From Acidimicrobiia bacterium (GTDB taxonomy: Bacteria > Actinomycetota > Acidimicrobiia > Spongiisociales > Spongiisociaceae), in the NCBI GenBank assembly GCA_041576165.1, contig JBFGLM010000025.1, positions 1 to 64,000 of the forward strand: a stretch of DNA of 64,000 bases, in the 5' to 3' direction. Position 1 is the first letter of the stretch; every line of letters starts with the position of its first letter. The position numbers and the translations under genes are program-made. Shown here one piece after another: positions 49,032-59,387 of this stretch. Below the pieces are notes generated by a model. It saw only the letters and a list, made by a program, of their open reading frames with translations. It made no database searches and was not told where the DNA came from.

Positions 49032-50909
49032 TCAGCTGTGTGCCCGTTCTCCGTCGACCGAGTCGGGCCGTGATTCGGCCTGGCCGGTTCGAGATTCGAC
49101 GGTGTCCGCCATCGGCGCGTCGCCACGCAGGTCGATGATCTTGTCGGCGGCCGCGCCCGGCGCGTGGCTGGCTTCAGCCTCGTCGATCACGGCCACGATC
49201 TGCTCGTCAATCAGCTCTTCGCGCTCCAGCAGCGCATCCCGCAAGGCTTCGACCAGGTGCCGGTGATGGCTGAGCAGCCGGGTGACCTCGCGTTTGTTGT
49301 CGTTGAGGAGTTCATTCACCGCGTCCCGCCCGGAGCTGTCCGATAGCACTTTGGCTGCGAGATTGCCCGACAGGGCCCCGCCGTCAAGTGCTCGGTAGCT
49401 GATCAGCGAGGCGCCCAAACCGAGCGAGCCAACCATCTCGACGGCAATGTTGGTTGCGCTGGCGAGGTCGCCGGCCGGCCCGGTGCCCGATTCTCCGTAG
49501 AACAGCTCCTCGGAGACCATTCCGCCGAGTGCGATCTGCAGCAGCGCCACCAACTCGCTCTTGCGCTGGGTGTGCCGCTCCTCCTGCAGGCGATGTGCCA
49601 GGAATCCCAGGGCTTCCCGCCGTTTGATGATCGAGAGCATCTCGAGTTTGCGCCCTTTCCCGACCAGGTAGGCGACGGTGGCATGGCCGGCCTCGTGGGT
49701 GGCGATGATTTCGGCCTCTTCCGGGGGATAGTCAATAGGCTCGGGGAGGCCAATCTCGATCTCCGTGCGGGCCTGACGAAGGTCTTGCATGTTGAACCCG
49801 GACCGGCCGTCACGCAGCGCCAGCAGCAGGGCCTCGTCGAAGAGCCGCTCGATCGACGCCGGAGTGTGACCCATTGTGGCGGATGCCAGATCATCCCGGT
49901 TCTTCTGGAGATCCATCTCGGGATCGTGGGCCTTGCGCCGCAGGAAGTAGTCGATCAGCTCCAGCCGCGAATGGCGGCCCGGTAGGTCGAAATGGAGAAT
50001 TCGGTCGAAGCGGCCCGGCCGGAGCAGCGCCGGGTCAAGTGAGCTGGCCCGGTTGGTGGCGCCGATGAGCAGCACGTTGTTGTACGGTGGTTTGGGTTTG
50101 CGCCACTGGCGGTGCGCCGGCAGGAACAGATTCACGAAATCGGTGATCCGCCCGACGATGCGCTCGGTTGAGGTTGGCTCGTCGAAGCTCTGCATCTGGA
50201 TCAGCAACTCGTTTACCTGGCCGCTCGTGTCCGACGATACGGTCTGGTTCACAGCGTGACCGAAGGCCTGGTCCCCCGATATACCGCTGCGCGTCAAACC
50301 GATGGCATCGATCTCCTCGATGAAGCCGATTGCCCCGCCTTCCTTGCGAGCTGCTTTGCGCAGCGCCCGGAAGAAGGACTTCACGCGCCGGGCGGTCATG
50401 CCGTACCACATGGACTGAAAGGCGGTCGCCGACACGAACAGGAAAGGAATTTCTGCTTCCTTGGCCAGAGCCTTGGCCAGGTGTGTCTTGCCGGTCCCTG
50501 GAGGTCCTTCGAACAGAACCCCCCGCCGGGGCTGGCCGCCCAGCTCTTCTCGAAACTTCTGGTGATCGAGCATCACCCGCAGCGTGTGATCCACCTCGTC
50601 GACCACCCGCCCCAGCCCGACCACATCGCTGAATCCAACCTCGATCTGTTCCGGCTGGTATGTGATGTGGGGCGACCGGCTGTTGGTCAGCATCGGCAGC
50701 ACCAGCACGAGCCCGAGCAGCACAACGATCGCGATGGCCGGCAGCCAGAATACCGCCTCGTCGCTCAGCTGAGGCATGCTGGGCCAGGGGTTGGTGCCCC
50801 CCGCCACCCTGATCCACATCCATAGCGCAATGAGCCCGAGGAGGGTGACCAGTCGCCATAACCGTTTCCGGCGTACTCGTTCGCGCTTGACCGAAACGGT
50901 TGTGTCCAT
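49032..50909 (-). CDS. FtsH-like AAA+ Zn metalloprotease paralog
   Basis: Two TMs; GPPGTGKT, Walker B FIEEID, ATNR..LDPALLRPGRFDR, HEAGH. Confidence 0.9.
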   Translation of the reverse strand: MDTTVSVKRERVRRKRLWRLVTLLGLIALWMWIRVAGGTNPWPSMPQLSDEAVFWLPAIAIVVLLGLVLVLPMLTNSRSPHITYQPEQIEVGFSDVVGLGRVVDEVDHTLRVMLDHQKFREELGGQPRRGVLFEGPPGTGKTHLAKALAKEAEIPFLFVSATAFQSMWYGMTARRVKSFFRALRKAARKEGGAIGFIEEIDAIGLTRSGISGDQAFGHAVNQTVSSDTSGQVNELLIQMQSFDEPTSTERIVGRITDFVNLFLPAHRQWRKPKPPYNNVLLIGATNRASSLDPALLRPGRFDRILHFDLPGRHSRLELIDYFLRRKAHDPEMDLQKNRDDLASATMGHTPASIERLFDEALLLALRDGRSGFNMQDLRQARTEIEIGLPEPIDYPPEEAEIIATHEAGHATVAYLVGKGRKLEMLSIIKRREALGFLAHRLQEERHTQRKSELVALLQIALGGMVSEELFYGESGTGPAGDLASATNIAVEMVGSLGLGASLISYRALDGGALSGNLAAKVLSDSSGRDAVNELLNDNKREVTRLLSHHRHLVEALRDALLEREELIDEQIVAVIDEAEASHAPGAAADKIIDLRGDAPMADTVESRTGQAESRPDSVDGERAHS

Positions 50910-50973
50910 GCCGCTACCTTTCGCTGAGCGGGTGCCCGGCTGCGATGTCGTACCCGATTCGTAGCCTTCTCCC

Positions 50974-51543
50974 ATGATATGCGGGATTTGTAGTAAATGT
51001 CACAAAGACGCCAATTTGAGTTGCGGCGTTTGCGACCGGTGCGCGCGATCGCTTCGGTCTGGCCATGATCGGATCGTCGACGACCTGCTCGTACGCCCTG
51101 CATTCTTACACGACGATGTAATCCGTGGGCTCGTACATCGTCTCAAGTACTCGGCGTTGGTGGACCTGCCCCCGCTTGTGATCGGGGCCATGGCGAGCCG
51201 GGTGCCCCCCGACACCTCGGCGCTGATTCCGATCCCGCGGGCAGTTGCGCGAACGCTGCGATACGGCGTCGACCCGGCGTTGGTACTGGCCGAGGCGCTG
51301 AGCCGCGTCACCGGCATCCCGGTGTTGCCGGCACTCTCCGTGCCGCTCCTGGCGGCCAGCCAGGCACGGCGGGGGCGACAGCGGCGGCGAGATCCGGTGT
51401 TGCGGGCCGTCCGTTCAGTGCCGCCCGGGGCGGTGATCGTCGACGATGTCGTCACCACCGGACGGACCCTGGGCGCGGCCCGGCACGCGCTCGGTCACGC
51501 GGCCAGCCTGGCCGTCACCCTCACAACATCCGTGCGGCGTTAG
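50974..51543 (+). CDS. comF: ComF-family phosphoribosyltransferase-like protein
   Basis: N-terminal Cys cluster; HRLKY; IVDDVVTTGRT; sits upstream of hpf. Confidence 0.85.
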   Translation: MICGICSKCHKDANLSCGVCDRCARSLRSGHDRIVDDLLVRPAFLHDDVIRGLVHRLKYSALVDLPPLVIGAMASRVPPDTSALIPIPRAVARTLRYGVDPALVLAEALSRVTGIPVLPALSVPLLAASQARRGRQRRRDPVLRAVRSVPPGAVIVDDVVTTGRTLGAARHALGHAASLAVTLTTSVRR

Positions 51544-51559
51544 TAGAGTCTCGCACAGG

Positions 51560-51633
51560 GATGGACAACTGATCGCTGGCGCAGGTGGTACGGCTTCGCA
51601 ACACGTGTCAGGGATGTGTGCGGAAGGTCCATC
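51560..51633 (+). promoter_or_regulatory. Structured three-way-junction leader between comF and hpf
   Basis: TAGAGT -10 at 51544-51549; GATGGAC/GTCCATC closing stem; hairpin TTCGC-A-ACACGT/ATGTGT-GCGGA. Confidence 0.45.
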
Positions 51634-51660
51634 ACTCAGCCAGGGAAAGGAGCCGCAACA

Positions 51661-52209
51661 ATGGACGTGCGCGTACACGGTAGGAACCTGCACATCGGCG
51701 ACCGACTTCGATCGCACGCAGAGAAGAAGGTTTCGCGTGCAGCGCGGTTTTTCGATCATGTCGGCGACGCCGAAGTCGAGATCATCGAGGACCCCAACCA
51801 GCGCAACTCAGCCGGCCGGTTCTCGGCCAAGATCAGCGCCCCCGCCGCGGGCCACATCGTGCGCGGAGAGTCCGGAGGCGAATCGGCTTTCGCCGCGGTC
51901 GACAAAGCAGTCGATCGGTTTGGTCAGAATCTCAGCCGCTTGCACGACCGCCTGGTAGATCGCTCGCGCAAGGGCAGCAAGAAAGACCTCAATGTCACTA
52001 GTCCTCGCGCCGATGAAGATAGTCCAGAGGGTATTGAAATCGTCAGGGTGAAACAGTTCGTGATGAAGCCCTTGACGCCAGAGGATGCAGCATTGCAGAT
52101 GGAACAACTGGGACATAGCTTTTTCTTCTTCCTCAACGCCGAGACAGGTGTGCAGTCGGTGCTGTATCGCCGTCGCGACGGAAGACTGGGACTGATCGAG
52201 CCGGCATGA
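51661..52209 (+). CDS. hpf: Long ribosome hibernation promoting factor (RaiA/HPF)
   Basis: VHGRNLHI..LRSHAEKK; C-terminal IVRVKQF..KPLTPEDA.LQMEQLGHSFFFF..VLYRRRDG; RBS AAGGAG. Confidence 0.95.
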   Translation: MDVRVHGRNLHIGDRLRSHAEKKVSRAARFFDHVGDAEVEIIEDPNQRNSAGRFSAKISAPAAGHIVRGESGGESAFAAVDKAVDRFGQNLSRLHDRLVDRSRKGSKKDLNVTSPRADEDSPEGIEIVRVKQFVMKPLTPEDAALQMEQLGHSFFFFLNAETGVQSVLYRRRDGRLGLIEPA

Positions 52210-52856
52210 CGCGAGTGATCGTCGTGGACGACGCGCCGCTCTTCCAAGCGGGAATAGCGGCTGCGCTCGAGAACGCCGGCTTCGAAGTCGTCGGCCAGGC
52301 TGACGACGCCATGCGGGCCGTGGCGGAATCGAAGCGCCTGCAGCCGGACGTTGTCGTCCTCGACGTCCTCATGCCAGGCCTCTCGGGACTCGACGTCGTC
52401 GACAAGATCGTCGACGCGGTGCCGCACACCAAGGTCGTATTGCTCACGGCGTCCGAATCGGAAGAAGATCTGTTGTCTGCGATCAAGTCAGGTGCCTCCG
52501 GATACGTGGTCAAGGAGACCCCACTTCCGCAGCTCGTGGCAGCGATCGAAGACGTGATCAAGGGGGGAGCGGTGATTTCGCCGCTCATGGCGTCCAAACT
52601 GTTCAGGAATGTGCGCCAACTGCTTCGACATCGCGACATCGTCGCCGGGCGGCGTCCGACGCTGACCGGGCGCGAGGTCGAGGTGTTGCAGCTGGTCGCC
52701 CAGGGGATGACCAGCCGTGAAATCGGAGAGAAGCTCTTCATCTCCGAAAACACCGTGAAGAACCACGTGCGTAACATCCTCGACAAGCTCGGCCTCCACT
52801 CCCGGAGTGAAGCGGTGATGTACGCGCTCCGGGAGGAACTGATCTCCATCGACTGA
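52206..52856 (+). CDS. NarL/LuxR-family response regulator (no kinase gene in window)
   Basis: VVDD, LDVLMP, LLTAS, VVKE; LTGREVEVL..ISENTVKNHVRNILDKL. Confidence 0.95.
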   Translation: MTRVIVVDDAPLFQAGIAAALENAGFEVVGQADDAMRAVAESKRLQPDVVVLDVLMPGLSGLDVVDKIVDAVPHTKVVLLTASESEEDLLSAIKSGASGYVVKETPLPQLVAAIEDVIKGGAVISPLMASKLFRNVRQLLRHRDIVAGRRPTLTGREVEVLQLVAQGMTSREIGEKLFISENTVKNHVRNILDKLGLHSRSEAVMYALREELISID

Positions 52857-54739
52857 TGTCGGCGACGACCGAGGCCGCGGCCGCGGTGGTCGATGCACTA
52901 GGTGCAGCTTGGTCGATCCATGCGCTCTACCCGGATCCCCTCGAACAGCCGGCGTTTGTCAGGTCCGTGGACGCAATCAGAGAGGTTGCCGGTGAGGCGT
53001 TCATCGTCAACGTCACGCCCGCGGGATTCTTCCACGACGGTGAGCCGCTCGAGGATGTCCGGGGCAGCGCCGGCCGCCTCGCCAAGCGGCTGTTCGTGCA
53101 GAATGTGGACACGCTCGAGGTCACGGGCATGCCCACCGAGCGGGATGTCGTCCGCTTCTTCGATCTGCTGGCCCGCGATGAGCAGGATGTAACCGCCGGC
53201 GGAGGCGTCGGGGCGGCCCTCGCCCGGGATGGAGTCACCTCCTTCGCGGTGAGCGACCGGGCGCCGCTGGCCGAATCGACCGAACTGAGCGGCACCGAAC
53301 GGGACGAAAAGGTCGACTCGATCCTTGCCCAGGGCAGCGACCCCGAGGCCTTCGCAGCAGACCTCACGGCCCAGGGTGGAGGCGACCCGGCCACCGTCGC
53401 CAAGCTGGTGCACAGCAGCTACATCGAGATCATGGGATTGATCGACCCGGAAGACGTCGCCGGCGGGGAAGCTGCAGTCAAAGCCTTCGTCGAAGCGTTC
53501 TTCCACTTCGACGAGCCGATCCAGCAGGCAGTCCTGGAGCAGTTCCTGCAGGAGCACTCATCTCCGGTCGTACGGCCGTTCCTCGACCAGTTCGCCAGCC
53601 ACGAGCTGGTGGAGTTCGCGCAGCAGCTCGACCCACAAGGCTTTTCGCTGCTCATGAGCTATGCGGAGATCGTCACCGACCCCGAAGCCGACGGCCGCTC
53701 GCAGGATCTGCTCTCACTGCTCCAAGCACCCCAGCGGGTGAATACGGCGAGGCAGGCGATTGCCAGCCAGATCGAGAGCCGCTTCGGGACTTTCGACGAC
53801 CGTCCGCAACGGGTCGACGTCGCCATCCCGGACCCCGGCCGCTTCTTCTTCACAGTGCTCGATGCCTTCCGGGATCTGCTCGATGTAGAAGAACGACCGG
53901 AGAGATTCCGCCGGGTCCTCCGCATCTGGTCGGGAAAAGTCAAGAGCGCGATACGCCGGCAGGAGATCAGACGGGCCGAGCTGTGGCTGCGAGCGATCAG
54001 CGACAACCCGACCTACGAACGCCACTGGCAGGCGGATGTCGACCGGGCCGTCGAATCCACGATCACCGACGAGTTGTTACGCCAGCTCTTGGCGACCAGG
54101 GACGCCAACGAGTTGCTGGCGGCCGACGTCGATCGGTTCGTGCAGGTGGCGGGCGATGCTGCCGTCCGACCGCTGATCACGATACTGGCAGAAGGAGACG
54201 CCGCATCGCGACGCCCCGTGATGGAACTGCTGGCGATGGTGGCGCCTCGGCATCCCGAGCCCATTGTGAGTTCGGCCCGTGAGGCGCCGTGGTACCTCGC
54301 CCGCAATCTGGCCAGCGTGCTGCGGCGCGCCAAAGTCGAGGCGGCGGCTTCCTTGATGCGGGAGCTGATCGTTCATGCCGATGAACGAGTGCGGGTCGAG
54401 GCCGTTCGGGGCCTTGCGGTCCTGGGAACGCCCACCGACCTCGAGCTGATCGCCGATCGCCTGGCCGACGAGGACGATGCTGTTCGCTCCACCGCCCTCA
54501 CCGTGCTCGGCACCAGCTCGCATGAAGGCGCCGAGGAGATTCTGGTCGAGTCCATTTCATCCTCGAAGCTCAGCACCGCGCAGCGGGCGCGGGCGATCGA
54601 GCTTCTCGGCCGTCAGCCCACGGACGAGACGCGAGCTTTGCTGGAACGACTGGCCCACCGTCGCATTGCGTTGACAGGCACTGCGCGCCAGATCCGGACC
54701 GCAGCACGAAGAGCCCTAGGGGAAGGCGCAAAGACATGA
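52856..54739 (+). CDS. HEAT-repeat protein with unannotated N-terminal LYP domain
   Basis: C-terminal repeats PWYLARN, DERVRVEAVRGL, DDAVRSTALTVLG; TGATG overlap with the RR. Confidence 0.85.
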   Translation: MSATTEAAAAVVDALGAAWSIHALYPDPLEQPAFVRSVDAIREVAGEAFIVNVTPAGFFHDGEPLEDVRGSAGRLAKRLFVQNVDTLEVTGMPTERDVVRFFDLLARDEQDVTAGGGVGAALARDGVTSFAVSDRAPLAESTELSGTERDEKVDSILAQGSDPEAFAADLTAQGGGDPATVAKLVHSSYIEIMGLIDPEDVAGGEAAVKAFVEAFFHFDEPIQQAVLEQFLQEHSSPVVRPFLDQFASHELVEFAQQLDPQGFSLLMSYAEIVTDPEADGRSQDLLSLLQAPQRVNTARQAIASQIESRFGTFDDRPQRVDVAIPDPGRFFFTVLDAFRDLLDVEERPERFRRVLRIWSGKVKSAIRRQEIRRAELWLRAISDNPTYERHWQADVDRAVESTITDELLRQLLATRDANELLAADVDRFVQVAGDAAVRPLITILAEGDAASRRPVMELLAMVAPRHPEPIVSSAREAPWYLARNLASVLRRAKVEAAASLMRELIVHADERVRVEAVRGLAVLGTPTDLELIADRLADEDDAVRSTALTVLGTSSHEGAEEILVESISSSKLSTAQRARAIELLGRQPTDETRALLERLAHRRIALTGTARQIRTAARRALGEGAKT

Positions 54740-56070
54740 GTGAGCCGCTGATCAAACAGACGCTGGCCGGTTTACGCGGCGCAGTGACGCAGCTGGCCTT
54801 GTATCCGGCAGAGCATCCGGCCGTGGAGGGGTCCATCGAACGGGCCGCATTTGCGGCGTCCAGCTTGGTGGAGCACGCCGGAGAGACGGTGCTCACGATC
54901 ATGGGCGACTCGCTTTACCACGACCAGCGCCTCCTGGCGCACACCTCGCTGGAGTTCAACGGGTTCTTCCGAACCATGCAGGCACGGGGAATCGACTCGC
55001 TCACCTTTGACGGATTCGTTTCCCGGGCCGACGTGCGAGACCTTGCCGAATTCCTGGCAGGACGCATATCCGATGTCCCGGCGGAGGGGACAATCCGGCT
55101 GAACGACTCACCCTTCACCAGCGCCGAGCTGACGGCGAGCGGTGAGATCTCAGGTTTGCGGCGCAACTACGCCCGGTCACTCGATGTTCTGCGTGGGATA
55201 GGTCAAGCGATGCGCGGCGGCCAGGATTTCGACTTGAGCGGCGCCACCATGATCGTCGAACAACTGGTCGAACAGACGATCTCCCAGCCGGGAGCCAGCG
55301 TGCTGCTGGCGTCGATGAAGTCGCACGACGAGTACACCTTCTATCACTCCGTCAACGTCTGCATCCTTGCGATTGCGCTCGGCCGGAGGGTGGGGCTCGA
55401 CGAGCAAACCATCGGCACGATGGCGCTGGGTGCGTTGCTGCACGACATTGGCAAGCTAAGGGTCGCGTCGTCGATACTGCAGTACCCCGGCCGGTTGGAC
55501 GCCGAACAGTGGGCCGAGATCAAACTCCATCCCCAAGAGGGAGCCACTGCCATCCTGGCCGCCGCCGCTCCGGGACAGGAAGTGGCAGCGATCGTCGCGC
55601 TCGAACACCATCGCCGGTTCGATGGCGCGGGCTACCCCGTCCCGTCAAGGGTGCGCGAACAGCATTTGTTTTCTCGGGTTGTCACCGCCGCGGACGTCTA
55701 CGACGCCTTGACCACCCGCCGGTCATACCGGCGGGCGGACACACCTCACCAGGCGATCGAAGTGCTCCGCCAGGGAGCCGGTGGCCACTTCGATCCGATC
55801 ATGGTGGACCAATTCATCGGTTTTACGGGCGTATACCCTCCGGGATCGTTTCTTCGTCTCGAGGATGGGCGGGTGGCGATGGTCACGGTGAACGTCGCCG
55901 GAGAACAGCCGGAAGGATTGGTCGTGCGAACGTCGACGGGAGAGGAGCTGGCCGACCCCGAACCCGTGCGCATCGACCTCGACCGGCCGTTCACCCACCT
56001 CACCGTGGCGGAGGCCGGCATCGACCCTGCCTCCCTGCTCGAAACCGTAGCCGCCGCGCCGGTCGCCTAG
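54736..56070 (+). CDS. HD-GYP phosphodiesterase (cyclic-dinucleotide hydrolase)
   Basis: HSVNV, LLHDIGK, IKLHPQEG, EHHRRFDGAGYP, ADVYDALTTRRSYR; ATGA overlap with the HEAT gene. Confidence 0.93.
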   Translation: MSEPLIKQTLAGLRGAVTQLALYPAEHPAVEGSIERAAFAASSLVEHAGETVLTIMGDSLYHDQRLLAHTSLEFNGFFRTMQARGIDSLTFDGFVSRADVRDLAEFLAGRISDVPAEGTIRLNDSPFTSAELTASGEISGLRRNYARSLDVLRGIGQAMRGGQDFDLSGATMIVEQLVEQTISQPGASVLLASMKSHDEYTFYHSVNVCILAIALGRRVGLDEQTIGTMALGALLHDIGKLRVASSILQYPGRLDAEQWAEIKLHPQEGATAILAAAAPGQEVAAIVALEHHRRFDGAGYPVPSRVREQHLFSRVVTAADVYDALTTRRSYRRADTPHQAIEVLRQGAGGHFDPIMVDQFIGFTGVYPPGSFLRLEDGRVAMVTVNVAGEQPEGLVVRTSTGEELADPEPVRIDLDRPFTHLTVAEAGIDPASLLETVAAAPVA

Positions 56071-56138
56071 GTCCTGGTCAATGGTCCGGCTGAGACCCGG
56101 GCTTCACTAAGTCCCGGTACAGATAGGATGACCCCACC

Positions 56139-58790
56139 ATGTCGCTAGTCAAGAAGGTCTTCGGGGCGGGTGAAACCAAGCTGATGAAAAACCTCGCGGC
56201 TGTTGTCGACGAGGTGAACGCGCTCGAAGCGTCGATTCAGCCGCTCACCGACGGGCAACTCCGTGCGAAGACCGAAGAATTCCGCAAACGCCTGGCTGAT
56301 GGCGAGACACTGGAAGACATCTTGCCGGAGGCTTTCGCCGTCGTTCGGGAAACCGCCACGCGGGTGCTGGGACAGCGGCACTACGACGTGCAGGTGCTGG
56401 GGGCGGTGGCTCTTCATCGCGGGATGATCGCCGAGATGCGGACCGGTGAGGGAAAGACCCTCGTGTCCACCATGCCCGTCTACCTCAATGCGCTGGCGGG
56501 CCGCGGCGTCCACATTGTGACCGTGAACGACTACCTGGCATCTCGCGATGCGGATTGGATGGGAGGGATCCACCGCTTTCTTGGGCTGACGGTGGGACTC
56601 ATTCAGGCTGGTGACGACCCCCGGGCACGCCGACCGGCCTACGAGGCGGACGTCACCTACGGAACCAACAACGAGTTTGGCTTCGACTATCTGCGCGACA
56701 ACATGGCGATGCGGACCGAAGATCTGGTGCAGCGTGGTCATCACTACGCCATAGTCGACGAGGTCGACTCGATCCTCGTCGATGAGGCCCGCACGCCGCT
56801 CATCATCTCCGGCCGGGTTGGGGATACCGCCAAGTGGTATCGCGACTTCGCCAAGATCGTCAACCGTCTGCGCAGAGACGATCACTACATCGTCGACGAG
56901 GCCAAACGCCAGGTCCTCACTACCGAGGATGGCGTTGGTCGGGTCGAAGAGATCTTGGGCATCGAGAACATGTACGACCATGCGGCGGTTGACTTCGTCC
57001 ATCACCTCGAGCAAGCGTTGCGGGCAAAAGAGCTCTACCAGGACGACGTCGAGTACATCGTCGACCACGGCGAGGTCAAGATCGTCGACGAGTTCACCGG
57101 ACGTGTCCTGGAAGGACGGCGCTATTCGGAGGGTCTCCACCAGGCGATCGAGGCGAAGGAAAACGTCCAGATCAAAGAGGAGAACCAGACCCTCGCCACG
57201 ATCACGTTGCAGAACTACTTCCGGATGTACGAGAAGCTGGCGGGCATGACGGGAACCGCCCTCACTGAGGCAGCCGAGTTTTCTCAGATCTACGGCCTCG
57301 AGGTTGTCGAAGTTCCCACCAACCAACCCATAGCTCGAGTTGACCAGCCGGACGTCGTCTACAAGACCGAGGACGCCAAGTTCGACTCGCTGGTAGAGGA
57401 CATCGTCGAGCGCTATGAGAACAACCAGCCGGTGCTGGTCGGCACAGTCTCAATCGAGAAGTCTGAGAAGTTGAGCAACATCCTGCGCCGGCGGGGAATA
57501 CGACATGAGGTGCTCAACGCCAAGCAGCACTTCCGGGAAGCCGACATCATCGCCCAGGCCGGCCGCCCCGGGGCGGTGACCGTCGCGACGAACATGGCGG
57601 GCCGCGGTGTGGACATCGCGTTGGGCGGCAACGAGGATGGCTTGGCCAAGGCCGAGCTGAAGAAGCGTGGCCTTTCGCCCGACGACGACGGGTATGAGCA
57701 GGAGTTCCAGGCGTTCGTGCAGGAACTCGAAGCCGAGATCGCACCCGCCCGCCAGCAAGTGATTGCTGCGGGCGGGCTCTACGTGCTCGGTACGGAGCGC
57801 CATGAGAGCCGGCGCATCGACAACCAGCTGCGGGGACGTTCGGGCCGCCAAGGCGACCCCGGTGAGTCGCGGTTCTACCTATCGCTCGAAGACGAGTTGA
57901 TGCGGCGGTTCGCTTCGGAGCGCGTTGAGGCGATCATGGATCGTCTCCGCATCCCCGACGATGTGCCGATCGAGGCCAAGATGGTCTCCAAGGCAATCGA
58001 GCGGGCGCAGTCCCAGGTCGAATCCCGCAACTTCGAGATCCGCAAGAACGTTCTCAAATATGACGAGGTGATGAACCGCCAGCGTGAGGTGATCTACGCC
58101 TGGCGCAACGGAATCTTGCGGTCGGCCGAGAGCCGCGAGTTGGTAATGGAGTGGATCGACCAGGCGATTCCCGACGCCGTCTACGCGGTGATACCGGAAG
58201 GCGCGGCGCCTTCCACCTGGGATTGGGAGGAGATCCGCCAAGAGCTCTCTCAGATATTCCCCACCCATCTGGGACCGGATTCGGTGGACGCTTCGGCTGG
58301 CCTATCAGCCGAAGCCCTGGCCGGGGCCGCGGTCGAAGAAGCAGTCACGGTCTACGAGAAGCGCGAGGCAGAGTTCGGCGCAGAAGTACTACGGGCCATC
58401 GAGCGCCGCATCATCCTTTCGATCATTGACAACAAATGGCGTGAGCACCTTGCGGAGATGGACTATTTGCGGTCCGGTATCGGGCTGCGAGCGATGGGAC
58501 AGCGCGACCCGCTCACCGAGTATCAGCGAGAGGGCTATGAGATGTTCTCGGAGCTGGTCGCCAGCGTGAAGCGCGACGCGCTCCGTTACTTGTTCCATGT
58601 CGAGGTGACGCAGGCGCCGGCGCAGCCGCAGCGACCAACGGTGGTGACCGCCAGCGGTAGTGGTCAAACCAAACGCCAGGCCCAATCGAACAAAGTCGGA
58701 CGCAATGCTCCCTGTCCGTGCGGCTCGGGCCTGAAAGCCAAGAAGTGTTCCAACACACCAACGTGTCTGGGCAGCGACAAGGTTTCTTGA
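56139..58790 (+). CDS. secA: Preprotein translocase ATPase SecA
   Basis: [62 protein letters not shown]. Confidence 0.98.
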   Translation: MSLVKKVFGAGETKLMKNLAAVVDEVNALEASIQPLTDGQLRAKTEEFRKRLADGETLEDILPEAFAVVRETATRVLGQRHYDVQVLGAVALHRGMIAEMRTGEGKTLVSTMPVYLNALAGRGVHIVTVNDYLASRDADWMGGIHRFLGLTVGLIQAGDDPRARRPAYEADVTYGTNNEFGFDYLRDNMAMRTEDLVQRGHHYAIVDEVDSILVDEARTPLIISGRVGDTAKWYRDFAKIVNRLRRDDHYIVDEAKRQVLTTEDGVGRVEEILGIENMYDHAAVDFVHHLEQALRAKELYQDDVEYIVDHGEVKIVDEFTGRVLEGRRYSEGLHQAIEAKENVQIKEENQTLATITLQNYFRMYEKLAGMTGTALTEAAEFSQIYGLEVVEVPTNQPIARVDQPDVVYKTEDAKFDSLVEDIVERYENNQPVLVGTVSIEKSEKLSNILRRRGIRHEVLNAKQHFREADIIAQAGRPGAVTVATNMAGRGVDIALGGNEDGLAKAELKKRGLSPDDDGYEQEFQAFVQELEAEIAPARQQVIAAGGLYVLGTERHESRRIDNQLRGRSGRQGDPGESRFYLSLEDELMRRFASERVEAIMDRLRIPDDVPIEAKMVSKAIERAQSQVESRNFEIRKNVLKYDEVMNRQREVIYAWRNGILRSAESRELVMEWIDQAIPDAVYAVIPEGAAPSTWDWEEIRQELSQIFPTHLGPDSVDASAGLSAEALAGAAVEEAVTVYEKREAEFGAEVLRAIERRIILSIIDNKWREHLAEMDYLRSGIGLRAMGQRDPLTEYQREGYEMFSELVASVKRDALRYLFHVEVTQAPAQPQRPTVVTASGSGQTKRQAQSNKVGRNAPCPCGSGLKAKKCSNTPTCLGSDKVS

Positions 58791-58834
58791 ATCCGGCCTG
58801 CGCCGCATTCTGGAGCGCGCGCTAAATTGGACGG

Positions 58835-59275
58835 GTGCGGGACAAAATGTCCGCCGCGCCTGGCGCGGCGGTGCCTTCGGAGGCGTCTATCCGGATCTGG
58901 TGCAGCGCATCACGGGACGCCCTTCCTGTGGTCGATGACGAAACGTTCGAGGCGCTCGTTGACGCCCTGGGTGAGCCTGATGCCGTTGCATCGGTATTGC
59001 GGATGTACTTGGCAGACCTGCCTGGTTTCGTCGGCACGATCAGATCCGTAGCACCTGATGTGCACGAGGAGGCCCGGGCGGCCGCCCATCGCCTCAAGGG
59101 GAACGCAGGGATGCTGGGTGCGCTGGCGCTCTCCGACGCCTGCCGCAGGTTCGAGACGGCCATCCGAGATCGAGAATTCGAATCGTTACCGGCGTTGAGC
59201 GCCGAGGTCTTGGAGGCGTCTGAAGCCGTCGCCGAATGGGTGCGGCAACGCCTCGGCCAGGGACGGGCCCGCTAG
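58835..59275 (+). CDS. Stand-alone Hpt (histidine phosphotransfer) protein
   Basis: AAHRLKGNAGMLGALALSDACRRFE Hpt signature. Confidence 0.88.
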   Translation: MRDKMSAAPGAAVPSEASIRIWCSASRDALPVVDDETFEALVDALGEPDAVASVLRMYLADLPGFVGTIRSVAPDVHEEARAAAHRLKGNAGMLGALALSDACRRFETAIRDREFESLPALSAEVLEASEAVAEWVRQRLGQGRAR

Positions 59276-59387
59276 CGACGGGTTGGGCGGCCGCCGAGCC
59301 TGGAGCCCTGCGGGTGTCGGCACCGGTTCGAGGTTGTACAGCTGAGTCCCGCGAAGGTCGTGCCACGGTCCGCTACCCTGACGGCGT

